Shown here: one piece after another, positions 9,651-19,282 of the stretch
How the letters are laid out: the number at the start of each line of letters is the position of its first letter
Position numbering within the stretch: position 1 is the stretch's first letter
Assembly (NCBI GenBank): GCA_041941795.1
Contig: CP145872.1
Location: 450,001-482,000 of the forward strand
From: Candidatus Saccharimonadota bacterium
GTDB lineage: Bacteria > Pseudomonadota > Gammaproteobacteria > Enterobacterales > Enterobacteriaceae
DNA length: 32,000 nt
Reading direction: 5' to 3'
Notes under the pieces: model-generated
Databases searched by the model: none
The model's input: the letters and a program-made list of their open reading frames with translations, nothing else
Told to the model about the DNA's origin: nothing
Position numbers and translations under genes: made by a program

Positions 9651-10722
9651 ATATTTCTTAATTTTTATCTAAAATTTAGATATTGTCTTTTTTAATTCCT
9701 ACTTCTCTACTTTTTTTATTCCAAACTAATTAAGTTTCTTGCGACGTAAAAGAATTAGATTGAATCTAACTAGAGATCTTAAGCAAGAAAAATAGTAATA
9801 AATATTACTTTCAGTCCTCCATAAAGAGAGATAAAAATTCTATTTTTAATCAGAAGATTATTATTATAGCAGTTTTCTCTTAGGACGATCGTGTTCTCTC
9901 ATTATGAGAGCAAAATGGATTGACTCTAGTTAATATCCCGCTGACTCAAATAGTCTCCTATTTATAATTCTGAATAATTAGACCTTGAATTTTATTTTTT
10001 TATGACTTTATTATGCCTAATTTTTTCTATCCTATTCTCCGAAAAGATATCTATTTGAGATCTGGTTAGTTCCTTCTCGATCCGACAAAAATGAAATAAA
10101 TGTTCGCAATTATCATTTCTTTGTTCTATGACATTATTACTACTAAAAATATCTAAGGTTTTTAACATAAAAAATAGTTAATTCTGGTTAAGAAATTTAT
10201 AAATTTCTATAATTAATCATCTCCTATTAATATTGAATAAATTTTTAATTATATTCTTTTCAAAATACTTTTTTTTCTATCATTTCAATAAATGAGTATT
10301 CAAAACTTTTTATCTCCAATTTCAATATTTCAACAACTTGAATTATATTTTTCACTTTAAGAGAATTAATCCTCTTAGACTCTTAATGAACATTATATTT
10401 TTGGAATACAGGAAAATTATCTTTATTGGTTACATAAATCTTTTTATTTCGAAAAAAAATGATAAAAATATTAGGAGGGGATAATTTGTAAAAAATAATC
10501 GTTCTCTTTTTAACTATAGAAAAAGAGTTGCATGTGTTAAAGTCATTTAAATAGTTGGTTGATAACAAGATAATTTTTTTATTTTTTTAGACACAAGATG
10601 TGATTATGTTAATAATTCATTAGTGCCTAATAAATTAAGATGAAATTTTCATGATTATTCTCTCTTATGTTTGTTTCCTCCATTAATAATTTTAGTGATT
10701 ATCAAATTTTATAAAACATGTT

Positions 10723-11325
10723 ATGTATAAAATGCTGTTAGCTTCTAATAATAAATATAAGGAGAGGGAGTTTATTCAATTCATTAATAAAAATCATTAT
10801 CCTATAACATTACTGACTACTCATCTTTGGAAAGATATTGGTACCATTCCCGAAACTGGCAGTAGTTATTTAGATAACGCTTTAATTAAGGCTAATATTG
10901 TTTATCAATATTATCGCTTACCTGTACTGGCGGATGATTCTGGAATGGAATTAACTGAATTTAGTAATTTTCCGGGCATTTACTCTAAGCGATACGCTGG
11001 TTTTAATGCCAATGATAAAGATAATTGTAATAAATTAAGAAAATTTTTATTGAAAAAAAAATTAACTTTTACTCCGGCTAAATATAGCTGTGTTTTGGTT
11101 TATCAATACCAGGTTAATAAATACCAAAAGTTTGAATCAACATGGAATGGAAAAATATGTAGTTTTCATATCTCTAAAAATGATGGTTTTGGTTATGATC
11201 CCATGTTTATTCCTACCGGATGTAATAAAACAGTAGCAGAATTAGATAGCTCTTATAAAAGTACTTATTCACATCGAGCCAGAGCAGTAAGAAAATTGAT
11301 CCAATATATAGAAAAGAGTCATTAA
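10723..11325 (+). CDS. rdgB: dITP/XTP pyrophosphatase (HAM1/RdgB family)
   Basis: 200 aa. ETGSSYLDNALIKA, LPVLADDSGMEL...FPGIYSKRYAG, GFGYDPMFIP and AELD...K...SHRARAV are collinear with E. coli RdgB. Confidence 0.88.
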   Translation: MYKMLLASNNKYKEREFIQFINKNHYPITLLTTHLWKDIGTIPETGSSYLDNALIKANIVYQYYRLPVLADDSGMELTEFSNFPGIYSKRYAGFNANDKDNCNKLRKFLLKKKLTFTPAKYSCVLVYQYQVNKYQKFESTWNGKICSFHISKNDGFGYDPMFIPTGCNKTVAELDSSYKSTYSHRARAVRKLIQYIEKSH

Positions 11326-11352
11326 CATAATAGAAAATGTTACATAAATCTT

Positions 11353-13014
11353 TTATTCTTTTAACAATTCTTCTTGTAAATCTAGTTCATATAATAATTT
11401 ATGCATAGTTTCATCGCTAATTTGTTTAGTAGCTCGTAAATGAAAAACCTCTCCGCGCTCTGCCCGAATTCCCGTTAATCGAAAACGTCGTTCCAAATCA
11501 TCAACAAAAAGTACTTGTTCAATATTAGTCTTACCTTCGTCATCGAGAAGACGACGACGCATATAACCTATTACACGCGAACTAGCTTCCTGAACTAATT
11601 CAGTATCAATATTTTCTTTAGTAGTATCATAAGTTAGTCTTTCTTCCATTTTATATAAGCTTTTTATGGCTACACTGGCCATCAGAGAACGTGCTTGCTG
11701 TATTTCACGATTAAGATTAAATTTATCTCTTAATGAAACTCCTCGTAATAAAAATGGAAGAATAATCATTCCTATCAGCAATGAAAATAGAATTACTCCC
11801 GAAGCCAAGAAGATCAATTCATTACGAGCAGGAAATTCTTCATTAAAATGTATAAAAGTAGGTATAGATAACACTCCCGCTAGAGTAATAGCTCCCCTTA
11901 CTCCAGCAAAAGAAGCAATGAATAAGTCTCTCCATGTATATTTGACAAATTCTAGAGGATTTTTTGTTAAAAAACACCTACTAATATATCGCATAGTCAA
12001 TAACCATATCAATCTTACAATAACTAATGCCATATACACTAGGACTACATATAAAAAGGGCATCCAAAATTTCATTTTACTATTGTTGCTAGCTGTTTGA
12101 ATTTGAATCATGAAAAATTTTATTATTCTCGGCAACTGTAATCCTAGTAAAACAAAGACTGTGCCATTAAAAAGAGATTCTAACATCATCCAAACATTAT
12201 GAGCCCGTAAACGGAGAGGAAGGGGAGCATGACGAAGCATACCAGATCTAGAAACAGTCATACCAGCAGCAACAGCTGCTAAAATTCCTGAAAGTTCAGC
12301 ATTTTCTGCTACTAAAGAAGTAGCAAAGGGTAATAATAACAAAAAAATAATTTGCGTAACTGGATCATCATAGCTCCATCGACTCATAAAATGCATAGTT
12401 TTACCATACAGCAGAGTTATAGTAATGCCTGCTATTACACCACCCAAAAAAACTTTAATAAGTTCCCACATCGAATCAGAGAGAGAAAATTGCATTTCTC
12501 CTACAGCCATTGCTACTGTAAATTTCAGAGCTACCAGCGAAGAAGCATCATTCATTAAAGCTTCCCCCTGTAAAATAGCCATTATTTTTTTGGGAATTCT
12601 ACCTTCTCCAACTAGACTAGTTAAGGCAACAGCATCGGTCGGGGATAATACAGATGCTAAACAAAATGCCGATATTAAATTTATTCCTGGGATAATCCAG
12701 TAAATTAGATAACCTATACCAACAATGGTCACTATTACCAGAGCAAATGCTAATCCTATGATTTCTCGTCTATGTTGCATAAATTCACTAGCAGGAATTT
12801 TCCATGCATCTACAAATAACAAAGGAGGAACTAAAAAAATCAAAAATAATTCGGAATCAAAATCAATATGTAACCCAAAAGTAGGACATGCCATAATTGT
12901 ACCAGCAGCAATCTGTAATAATGGTAATGGCATTTGATAGTGTATGAATCGTTGTGCCATTCCTGAAACTGAAACTACCAGCATCATTATTAAAATATTA
13001 AAAAAAATTTCCAT
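11353..13014 (-). CDS. yjcE: CPA1-family Na+/H+ (cation/proton) antiporter, YjcE-like
   Basis: 553 aa, polytopic. MEIFFNILIMMLVVSVSG, LSPTDAVAL..LVGEGRIPKKIMAILQGEALMNDASSLVALKF and LSGILAAVAAGMT match my recollection of E. coli YjcE, followed by a long cytoplasmic C-terminal tail. Confidence 0.78.
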   Translation of the reverse strand: MEIFFNILIMMLVVSVSGMAQRFIHYQMPLPLLQIAAGTIMACPTFGLHIDFDSELFLIFLVPPLLFVDAWKIPASEFMQHRREIIGLAFALVIVTIVGIGYLIYWIIPGINLISAFCLASVLSPTDAVALTSLVGEGRIPKKIMAILQGEALMNDASSLVALKFTVAMAVGEMQFSLSDSMWELIKVFLGGVIAGITITLLYGKTMHFMSRWSYDDPVTQIIFLLLLPFATSLVAENAELSGILAAVAAGMTVSRSGMLRHAPLPLRLRAHNVWMMLESLFNGTVFVLLGLQLPRIIKFFMIQIQTASNNSKMKFWMPFLYVVLVYMALVIVRLIWLLTMRYISRCFLTKNPLEFVKYTWRDLFIASFAGVRGAITLAGVLSIPTFIHFNEEFPARNELIFLASGVILFSLLIGMIILPFLLRGVSLRDKFNLNREIQQARSLMASVAIKSLYKMEERLTYDTTKENIDTELVQEASSRVIGYMRRRLLDDEGKTNIEQVLFVDDLERRFRLTGIRAERGEVFHLRATKQISDETMHKLLYELDLQEELLKE

Positions 13015-13310
13015 GATGGTATTATGGATCGTATGGACCGGATTAATAATTAATCTCTTTCAGGTACCACATTATTAGGAACACTCTTTATCTAGAAAGA
13101 GATCCAATTATTCTCTCTTAAAAAGATCTTTTGTTCACTACAGAACTTAGTGGTCTCTTTTGAGATAGGTGAATATTATAAGGGTGGAAAAAGTCATTGG
13201 TACTAATAACAGCCTAATTGTTATCTCGCGCTTGTCTAGATAAGAAAAAGAAAGGGATAGGGTCGCAAGAGCATAAGAGAATAGATTACTGCTTAATTTT
13301 ATCGTTTAGT

Positions 13311-13838
13311 TTAAAATGGAAGATCATCATCAAATTCTAAGTCAGTGTCTTCTGGTGAAGAATCTGAATTCTTTGGCATTTTCAATAAAGTAGTATTATC
13401 TAATTTATTTTTAGTACTTGAGAATGGGGGTGGAGATTGTAATTGCCAATTGTTATGAGGTTCTTTACTTACGGATATTTTACTACTAGGACGTATTCCT
13501 AACATTTGCATAGTCCCACTAATATTCACAATGATTTCTGTAGTATATCTTTCTTGACCACTACTATCTTGCCACTTACGCGTTTGCAATGTTCCTTCAA
13601 TATAAACTTGTGACCCTTTGTGCAGAAATTCACCTGCTACTTCTGCTATTTTACCAAATAAAACTATTCGATGCCATTCGGTTTTTTCTTTATTTTCTCC
13701 CGTTTGTTTATCTCGCCAGCTTTCAGAAGTAGCTAAATTGAAATTAGTCACTGCTGTTCCATTAGGCAGATATCGTACTTCTGGATTTTGACCTAAATAT
13801 CCTACTAAAATTACTTTATTAATACCCCTACTAGCCAT
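13311..13838 (-). CDS. ssb: Single-stranded DNA-binding protein
   Basis: [27 protein letters not shown]...[36 protein letters not shown]...YTTEI and the acidic tail DDDLPF match E. coli SSB. I place the start at the MASRG Met (13838), 5 codons inside the tracked ORF. Confidence 0.95.
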   Translation of the reverse strand: MASRGINKVILVGYLGQNPEVRYLPNGTAVTNFNLATSESWRDKQTGENKEKTEWHRIVLFGKIAEVAGEFLHKGSQVYIEGTLQTRKWQDSSGQERYTTEIIVNISGTMQMLGIRPSSKISVSKEPHNNWQLQSPPPFSSTKNKLDNTTLLKMPKNSDSSPEDTDLEFDDDLPF

Positions 13839-13963
13839 CTTATTGTCTCCCATAATAAATAATGTAATTAATTTTTATGATATGTAATATCGACTTACTT
13901 GAATAAAAAATAATCTGATTACAAATATCGTATACGAACTTTTCTAGTATATCTGATATATAT

Positions 13964-14167
13964 ATGAAATGTAAAATATCCTTATCCTGCTTAAGGAGAG
14001 AGAAAAAAGTTTTATCGTGGGTGAAAAAAATTTTTATAACCAGATGTCAATCTTATTATGTTATTCTCTGGCGGATGAGCAGTAAGCTATATATTTCCTG
14101 TTCAGGAAAAATATTTCTTTTAATTAAACTGCTTATGATTTTATCTAATAAATTATCATCTAGATAA
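13964..14167 (+). pseudogene. uvrA: Probable 5' relic of uvrA (only about 67 degenerate codons left)
   Basis: The ORF reads MKCKIS...SSKLYISCSGKIFLLIKLL. The recalled E. coli UvrA N-terminus is MDKIEV...[23 protein letters not shown]. Shared features are M.KI, KL[IY][VI] and a S.SGK..L....L Walker-A remnant. It is divergent from ssb, 125 bp away, as uvrA is in E. coli. The similarity is weak and was judged by eye. Confidence 0.35.
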
Positions 14168-14706
14168 TAGAATAGGAAAAATACTATTTCTAACCTAGAA
14201 TTATAAGTAAAATGTGGACTGTATTATTGACTGAAAAATAATCATTCACATAATTAGTATTGAATTATATTATTCTAATGTAGAATTAGCTCTGATAACG
14301 TGTAATCAGATCTTAAAGAATTCAACCAAAAATAAATTTTATTTTCGTATAATTATTATTTTTATACAAACAGTAATAAGAACCTTATCTACAGTCAATT
14401 TTAGTAAGATAGATAAAATGTTGATTTTTGTTATCTGTTTTTGCTTGTTCCACAAAACAATATTTTGATTTTTTGTTAATAATGGTCAAATTAAGACCAA
14501 TTAAATAATTTTAGAATGACGGACGACACGATTCAAAATCGTAATATGAGCATTTAATTAAAACATTTTTATTATTGAATACTTTATCAAGTGCTGATTC
14601 CCAACAGTCAAGTTATTTTTTAATATAGTGAATATCGTTATCCATGCATGCTATGCAGCACCAAAAACATAAAAAAACATATTTATTTCGGTACCAATAA
14701 TATATT

Positions 14707-16095
14707 ATGGCAGAAAAAAAAAATTACATTCAAGTAGGTGATCGGAAAACTAAAGCTCTGAAGATTCCCCCTCACTCTATAGAAGCAGAACAGTCTGTGT
14801 TGGGAGGGTTAATGTTAGAGAATAATCGATGGGAAAAAATAGGAGATAAATTAGTAGCTAGCGATTTTTTTAGTCGTCCTCACCGTATAATTTTTAATGA
14901 AATGCATCGTCTCATTGAAAAAAATCAGCCTATTGACTTAATTACTTTATCTGAAGCTCTCAACCAAAAGGGTCAGTTAGAACCGGTAGGAGGTTTTGCT
15001 TATCTCGCTGAACTATCTAAAAATACTCCCAGTGCAGCTAATATTAATGCTTATGCTGATATTGTACGCGATCGAGCTCTCGTGCGAGATATGATTTCAG
15101 TAGCACATAAAATATCGGAAGATTGTTATGATCCACAAGGTCGCAGTACGGAATATTTACTAGATCTGTCAGAATCTCGAGTTTTTCAGATAGCCGATAA
15201 ACGATCTAGAGAAGCGGGTCCTAAAGGAATAGAACAAATTTTGGAATCCACTTTAACACGCATTGAATCTATTTACCGTCACCCCTATAACGTGGTGACT
15301 GGTATTTCTACCGGTTATCATGATCTTGATCAGAAAACTTCGGGATTACAAAAATCAGACTTAATCATTATTGCTGCCCGTCCGTCTATGGGTAAGACTA
15401 CATTTGCAATGAACATTTGTGAAAATGCGGCTCTGATCCAAGATAAGCCGGTCTTAATATTTAGTTTGGAAATGCCGCAAGATCAAATTATGATGCGAAT
15501 GCTAGCCTCCCTCTCTCGAATCGATCATTCCCGACTCCGTACTGGTCAACTTGCTAATGATGAATGGATTCGTATTTCTGGAGCCATTAATGTTCTCCTA
15601 GAGAAACGTAATATGTATATAGATGATTCTTCTAGTCTGACTCCTACCGAAATTCGTTCTCGCGCTAGACGTGTTTTTAGAGAACAAAAAGGTCTAAGTC
15701 TCATTATGATCGATTACTTACAACTTATGCGGGTACCTGCATTGTATGATAATCGTACTCTCGAAATTTCCGAAATATCTAGATCTTTAAAAGCTTTGGC
15801 CAAAGAGTTACAAGTGCCAGTGGTAGCATTATCACAGCTTAATCGTTTATTAGAACAAAGATCTAATAAACGTCCTGTGAACTCCGATTTACGAGAATCC
15901 GGATCTATTGAGCAAGATGCGGATTTAATTATGTTCATTTATAGAGATGAAGTGTACAATGAAAATAGCGATCATAAAGGAATAGCTGAAATTATTCTTG
16001 GCAAACAGCGTAATGGACCAATTGGTTCTCTTAAATTAAGATTCAATGGTCAATGGTCACGTTTTGATAATTATGCTGAATTACCCGATTACTAA
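14707..16095 (+). CDS. dnaB: Replicative DNA helicase DnaB
   Basis: 462 aa, almost collinear with E. coli DnaB: PPHSIEAEQSVLGGLML, GGFAYLAELSKNTPSAANI.AYADIVR, ARPSMGKTTFAMN, PVLIFSLEM, IDYLQLM, SRSLKALAKEL.VPVVALSQLNR, DLRESGSIEQDADLIMFIYRDE and GKQRNGP. Confidence 0.97.
   Translation: MAEKKNYIQVGDRKTKALKIPPHSIEAEQSVLGGLMLENNRWEKIGDKLVASDFFSRPHRIIFNEMHRLIEKNQPIDLITLSEALNQKGQLEPVGGFAYLAELSKNTPSAANINAYADIVRDRALVRDMISVAHKISEDCYDPQGRSTEYLLDLSESRVFQIADKRSREAGPKGIEQILESTLTRIESIYRHPYNVVTGISTGYHDLDQKTSGLQKSDLIIIAARPSMGKTTFAMNICENAALIQDKPVLIFSLEMPQDQIMMRMLASLSRIDHSRLRTGQLANDEWIRISGAINVLLEKRNMYIDDSSSLTPTEIRSRARRVFREQKGLSLIMIDYLQLMRVPALYDNRTLEISEISRSLKALAKELQVPVVALSQLNRLLEQRSNKRPVNSDLRESGSIEQDADLIMFIYRDEVYNENSDHKGIAEIILGKQRNGPIGSLKLRFNGQWSRFDNYAELPDY
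14714..14723 (+). repeat. In-frame A10 homopolymer in dnaB codons 3-6 (E-K-K-N)
   Basis: Counted directly: atggcagAAAAAAAAAAttac. Confidence 0.95.
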
Positions 16096-16108
16096 CAGAT
16101 GAGTTAAT

Positions 16109-16960
16109 CTAACCATGAAATCTCTTCTTGTTAGGACCAGAATGCCTCAAGTAATAATGATCTTCCCAGCAGAACATAGTTAGATGCCCACCCCAGCAAC
16201 AACCTGTATCTAAAGCCATAATACCGTCTGGAGTGTACTTACCTGTTAAAGAAGACCAATGACCAAATACCATGGTATAACTAACGTTACTAAATTTTTT
16301 AGTACGAGGAATATTAAACCACGGCACTAATGTTTTTGGAGCTAAAGGTGGTGCACCTTTGCATCCTAAATCGAGAGTACCATTAGGTAAACAGTACCGC
16401 ATACGTGTTAAAACATTAGTTATAAATCGTAATCTAACAAAATTACTCAGGTTCCAATTTTCGTACTTTAAATATTGACTATTAGCGCTCTGATCAAGCA
16501 TCTGAAGAAACTTTAAGTAATCATTACTGGCCAACATTAATTCCACTTCTTTCGCATATTTTTTCGTCATCTCTAAATCCCAGTGGGGAAAAATTCCTGC
16601 ATGAGACATAACAATTTTTTTATTTTCGTCTATTTGTAGTAAAGGTTGAAGACGTAACCATTCCATCAGGTCTTCTGCATCGGGCGCTTCTAGTAGCTCG
16701 GTCAAATTATCGGATAACTTGGGTCGAGTGATACCATTATATATGGAGATAAATTTTATATCATGGTTACCTAGAACTAATCTTACTCTAGTTCCTAAGG
16801 ATCGTATATATCTAAGTACTTGTAATGACTTTGGACCTCTAGAAACTAAATCTCCTGTAAGCCACAAAGTGTCTTTGAGAGGAGAGAAAGATACTTTCTT
16901 CAGGAGCGTACATAATTCGGCATAACATCCATGAATATCTCCCAGTAAATAGGTAGCCAT
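16109..16960 (-). CDS. apaH: Bis(5'-nucleosyl)-tetraphosphatase, symmetrical (Ap4A hydrolase)
   Basis: 283 aa. MATYLLGDIHGCY, TLWLTGDLVSRGP.SL.VLRY, LVLGNHD, LLEAPDAEDL..WLR.QPLLQID, RLRFITN..TRMR and ALDTGCCWGG are collinear with E. coli ApaH. Confidence 0.93.
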   Translation of the reverse strand: MATYLLGDIHGCYAELCTLLKKVSFSPLKDTLWLTGDLVSRGPKSLQVLRYIRSLGTRVRLVLGNHDIKFISIYNGITRPKLSDNLTELLEAPDAEDLMEWLRLQPLLQIDENKKIVMSHAGIFPHWDLEMTKKYAKEVELMLASNDYLKFLQMLDQSANSQYLKYENWNLSNFVRLRFITNVLTRMRYCLPNGTLDLGCKGAPPLAPKTLVPWFNIPRTKKFSNVSYTMVFGHWSSLTGKYTPDGIMALDTGCCWGGHLTMFCWEDHYYLRHSGPNKKRFHG

Positions 16961-17055
16961 TTTTTATCCTCTAGTGATGATCATTTTTCTCAAAACAGCT
17001 GATGATCGCAAACTTTTAGTAAAAAAATAAAGATCAGTCACTCTTTGACTCCGTT

Positions 17056-17898
17056 TCATATAAAAAATGAATTATTATTTTTTCTAATTTCATTAAACTT
17101 ATTGTAAGTCAACCAATTAGCCAGACGACAATAAAGAGCAACCGAGACATTTTCGGCCCGCCATTGAGAATCAATGTCTAATTTATGGAGGCTCTCCATG
17201 GTAACTAAATCTTTCAGACTGTTACGTAAAATTTTTCTCCGTTGACTAAACGCTATTTTTGTAATGAGAGATAAACTTTGCAAGTTTTGAACTCCATAAG
17301 GCATAATCTTATGGGGAACAAGACGTAATAAGGCGGAATGAACTTTAGGTCGTGGTATAAATGATTGAGGACTAATTTCCAGAATAGAATCAGCTTGACA
17401 GTAATATTGTGACATAACACTTAAACGCCCATAATCCTTACTTCCCGGACTAGCTACTATACGGTTGACTACTTCTTTTTGCAACATTAAATGCATGTCT
17501 TTTATAATAGTTATAAAATGAAATAGTTTAAATAACAGGGGAGTTGAAATGTTGTAAGCAATATTGCCAAATACACGCAACAATTGACCTTTCTTCTGTG
17601 CCAGTTCATAAAAATTAAAATTTAAAACATCTTGGCAATAAATAGTTAACTTATTTCTCAAACTCTCTTGGTTCTGTAAGGAACAAGATAAATTTTTATC
17701 TATCTCTATTACGGTAAGTTCGTCTACATATTTACTAAGAGGATAAGTTAAAGCTCCCTTTCCCGGACCAATTTCTACTAAAGCCTGATCAAAATGCGGA
17801 GCAATAGCACAGATTATATTATTAATAATAATGTTATCCTGAAGAAAATATTGTCCCCATTTCTTACGAGCAGGAGATAGATATTTGATGGGGCACAT
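17056..17898 (-). CDS. rsmA: 16S rRNA (adenine1518/1519-N6)-dimethyltransferase
   Basis: 280 aa. RKKWGQYFL.D, VEIGPGKGALT, LTVIEID..L, LRVFGNIAYNISTPLLF, MHLMLQKEVVNRIVA.PGSK.YGRLSVM.QYYC and FSQRRK match KsgA/RsmA. It sits in the apaH-(apaG)-rsmA-(pdxA)-surA arrangement. Confidence 0.93.
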   Translation of the reverse strand: MCPIKYLSPARKKWGQYFLQDNIIINNIICAIAPHFDQALVEIGPGKGALTYPLSKYVDELTVIEIDKNLSCSLQNQESLRNKLTIYCQDVLNFNFYELAQKKGQLLRVFGNIAYNISTPLLFKLFHFITIIKDMHLMLQKEVVNRIVASPGSKDYGRLSVMSQYYCQADSILEISPQSFIPRPKVHSALLRLVPHKIMPYGVQNLQSLSLITKIAFSQRRKILRNSLKDLVTMESLHKLDIDSQWRAENVSVALYCRLANWLTYNKFNEIRKNNNSFFI

Positions 17899-18313
17899 TA
17901 GGATTAGTAATTATATATTATTCATTTGCTAAATGTCATGGACATACTAACATCTTATCTTAAGAAATGATCAATGATCTTAAATTTTAGAATAGGTAAC
18001 TATTCATAGTTTAAATAAATCTATGGTATACTTAAGCTATTAGCTTAGCAGATATTCGGTAATTTACCAAATAATTCTTGTGTGTTAATTTACAAGAAAA
18101 ATTTTTGTACCCTGATTATGGTGGAAATATCATTGCTACACCCAGATCATAGCCAAATAAACTCAAGTGATTAAACTCATCAGCAATGATTTTACCATCT
18201 GATAGCATCATAATAACTAGTATCAGCGATTTTGATTCGAAAATAAAATTATTTTTTTGGGGTGGATGATAATCTATATTTAACGACCCCAAAATAACCC
18301 AAATATATTACCT
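17899..18313 (-). pseudogene. pdxA: Probable heavily deleted pdxA relic
   Basis: Minus-strand frames give ..DLGVAMIF/HHNQGTKIFL (needs one frameshift) against recalled E. coli PdxA DAVLAMYHDQGLPVLK. Further on, KNYLVNYRISAKLIA compares with NITLGLPFIRTSV..LELA. The matches are collinear and interrupted by several stops, with about 415 bp left in the exact pdxA slot between surA and rsmA. The similarity is weak and was judged by eye. Confidence 0.33.
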
Positions 18314-19282
18314 TTAAGTAGCTATTATTTTTACATAAGCATGATTACGTTGTTGGTGGATCCAAGAGCATGTTTCTACAGCTATTTTTAAATTTTCCAA
18401 TATTTGCCAAGATTCTTCTTGAAAGATTCTATTTTTAGCATGTGGCATTTTTCGAGTTTCAAGTAATTGAAGTAAGTGCCATCCATCTTCATTAGAGATG
18501 GGGGGACTAATTTCATTAAGTGATAATTTTAACAGAGCACTTCTTAAAGAAGGATGATATTTCTGAGGTAATATCCACTCTAACTGTTCATCTGATTGTT
18601 TAGTATGCCGAGAGAAATTCATAGTTCCTCTTTTTAGATGGTCAGCAATGATTCTCAAAATTGCGGAGGCTTTATTATTAGTAATGAGAGGATAATTTAT
18701 CAGGATGTGTCGGACATACATTTCAGTTAAAAATAAGTTGTCATTTTTATTTTGGTCTTGATATTCGTCCAATAGGAAAGGATTAAGAATATTAAAATGT
18801 TTTTTTAAGAAGGCATTTACTTCTGATGGCGTAACTAATATTGTCTGATTCAGAACAGAATTAATTGTATTATTCCATCTGAGTTCGTAATCAATTTCAT
18901 TATGAAATGACTGAGAGTCTATTTTGGGGTTAGCAAATAAAAAAACATATAATAAATTATTTGATGACAGATGGAAGTCTTCCGCATATCGATTGATATT
19001 AGTCAGAACAGTGTTATGAATGTCTTCATCACTGAGTTTAGTATTATCTGTTTGTTGTATTACGGGCAATAATACTGTATTGAGGATAAGTTCTTTCACT
19101 ATTCGCTGTAAATCTATGTGAGACCACGGTTTTAAAACATGAATGATATAGTCAATATCACTTTGCAAGATTATTTGATTATTTACAATCACTGAAATTC
19201 TATCAATTAATATTGGACGTGCAGAAATTTTCTGATACCACAAAAAAGTGAGAACGAAGATAAGTATTTTTATAATATTCAT
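18314..19282 (-). CDS. surA: Periplasmic chaperone SurA, shortened form with a single parvulin-like domain
   Basis: 322 aa with a signal peptide. IDRISVIVNNQIILQSDID matches VDKVAAVVNNGVVLESDVD. TEMYVRHILI...DGWHLLQLLETR...SWIHQQRNHAYVKII aligns to the second parvulin domain plus C-terminal tail of E. coli SurA (TEVHARHILL...FGWHLIELLDTR...SWMQEQRASAYVKIL). Confidence 0.8.
   Translation of the reverse strand: MNIIKILIFVLTFLWYQKISARPILIDRISVIVNNQIILQSDIDYIIHVLKPWSHIDLQRIVKELILNTVLLPVIQQTDNTKLSDEDIHNTVLTNINRYAEDFHLSSNNLLYVFLFANPKIDSQSFHNEIDYELRWNNTINSVLNQTILVTPSEVNAFLKKHFNILNPFLLDEYQDQNKNDNLFLTEMYVRHILINYPLITNNKASAILRIIADHLKRGTMNFSRHTKQSDEQLEWILPQKYHPSLRSALLKLSLNEISPPISNEDGWHLLQLLETRKMPHAKNRIFQEESWQILENLKIAVETCSWIHQQRNHAYVKIIAT

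Noticed and set aside
10383-10568. A 61-codon minus-strand ORF in the ompA-rdgB desert. KLSPP and the C-terminal ..KYNVH faintly recall SulA (QLSPC..., ...SNLYH), whose gene lies next to ompA in E. coli.
   Set aside because: Only two tiny patches match, the spacing is inconsistent, and the ORF lies 870 bp from ompA. That is too weak to call without an alignment search.
13839-13963. I looked for a LexA (SOS) box CTG-N10-CAG in the ssb/uvrA-relic divergent spacer, where E. coli has one.
   Set aside because: None is present. The nearest look-alike is CTGTATTATTGACTG at 14219-14233, which has the wrong spacing and wrong half-site and lies outside the promoter region.
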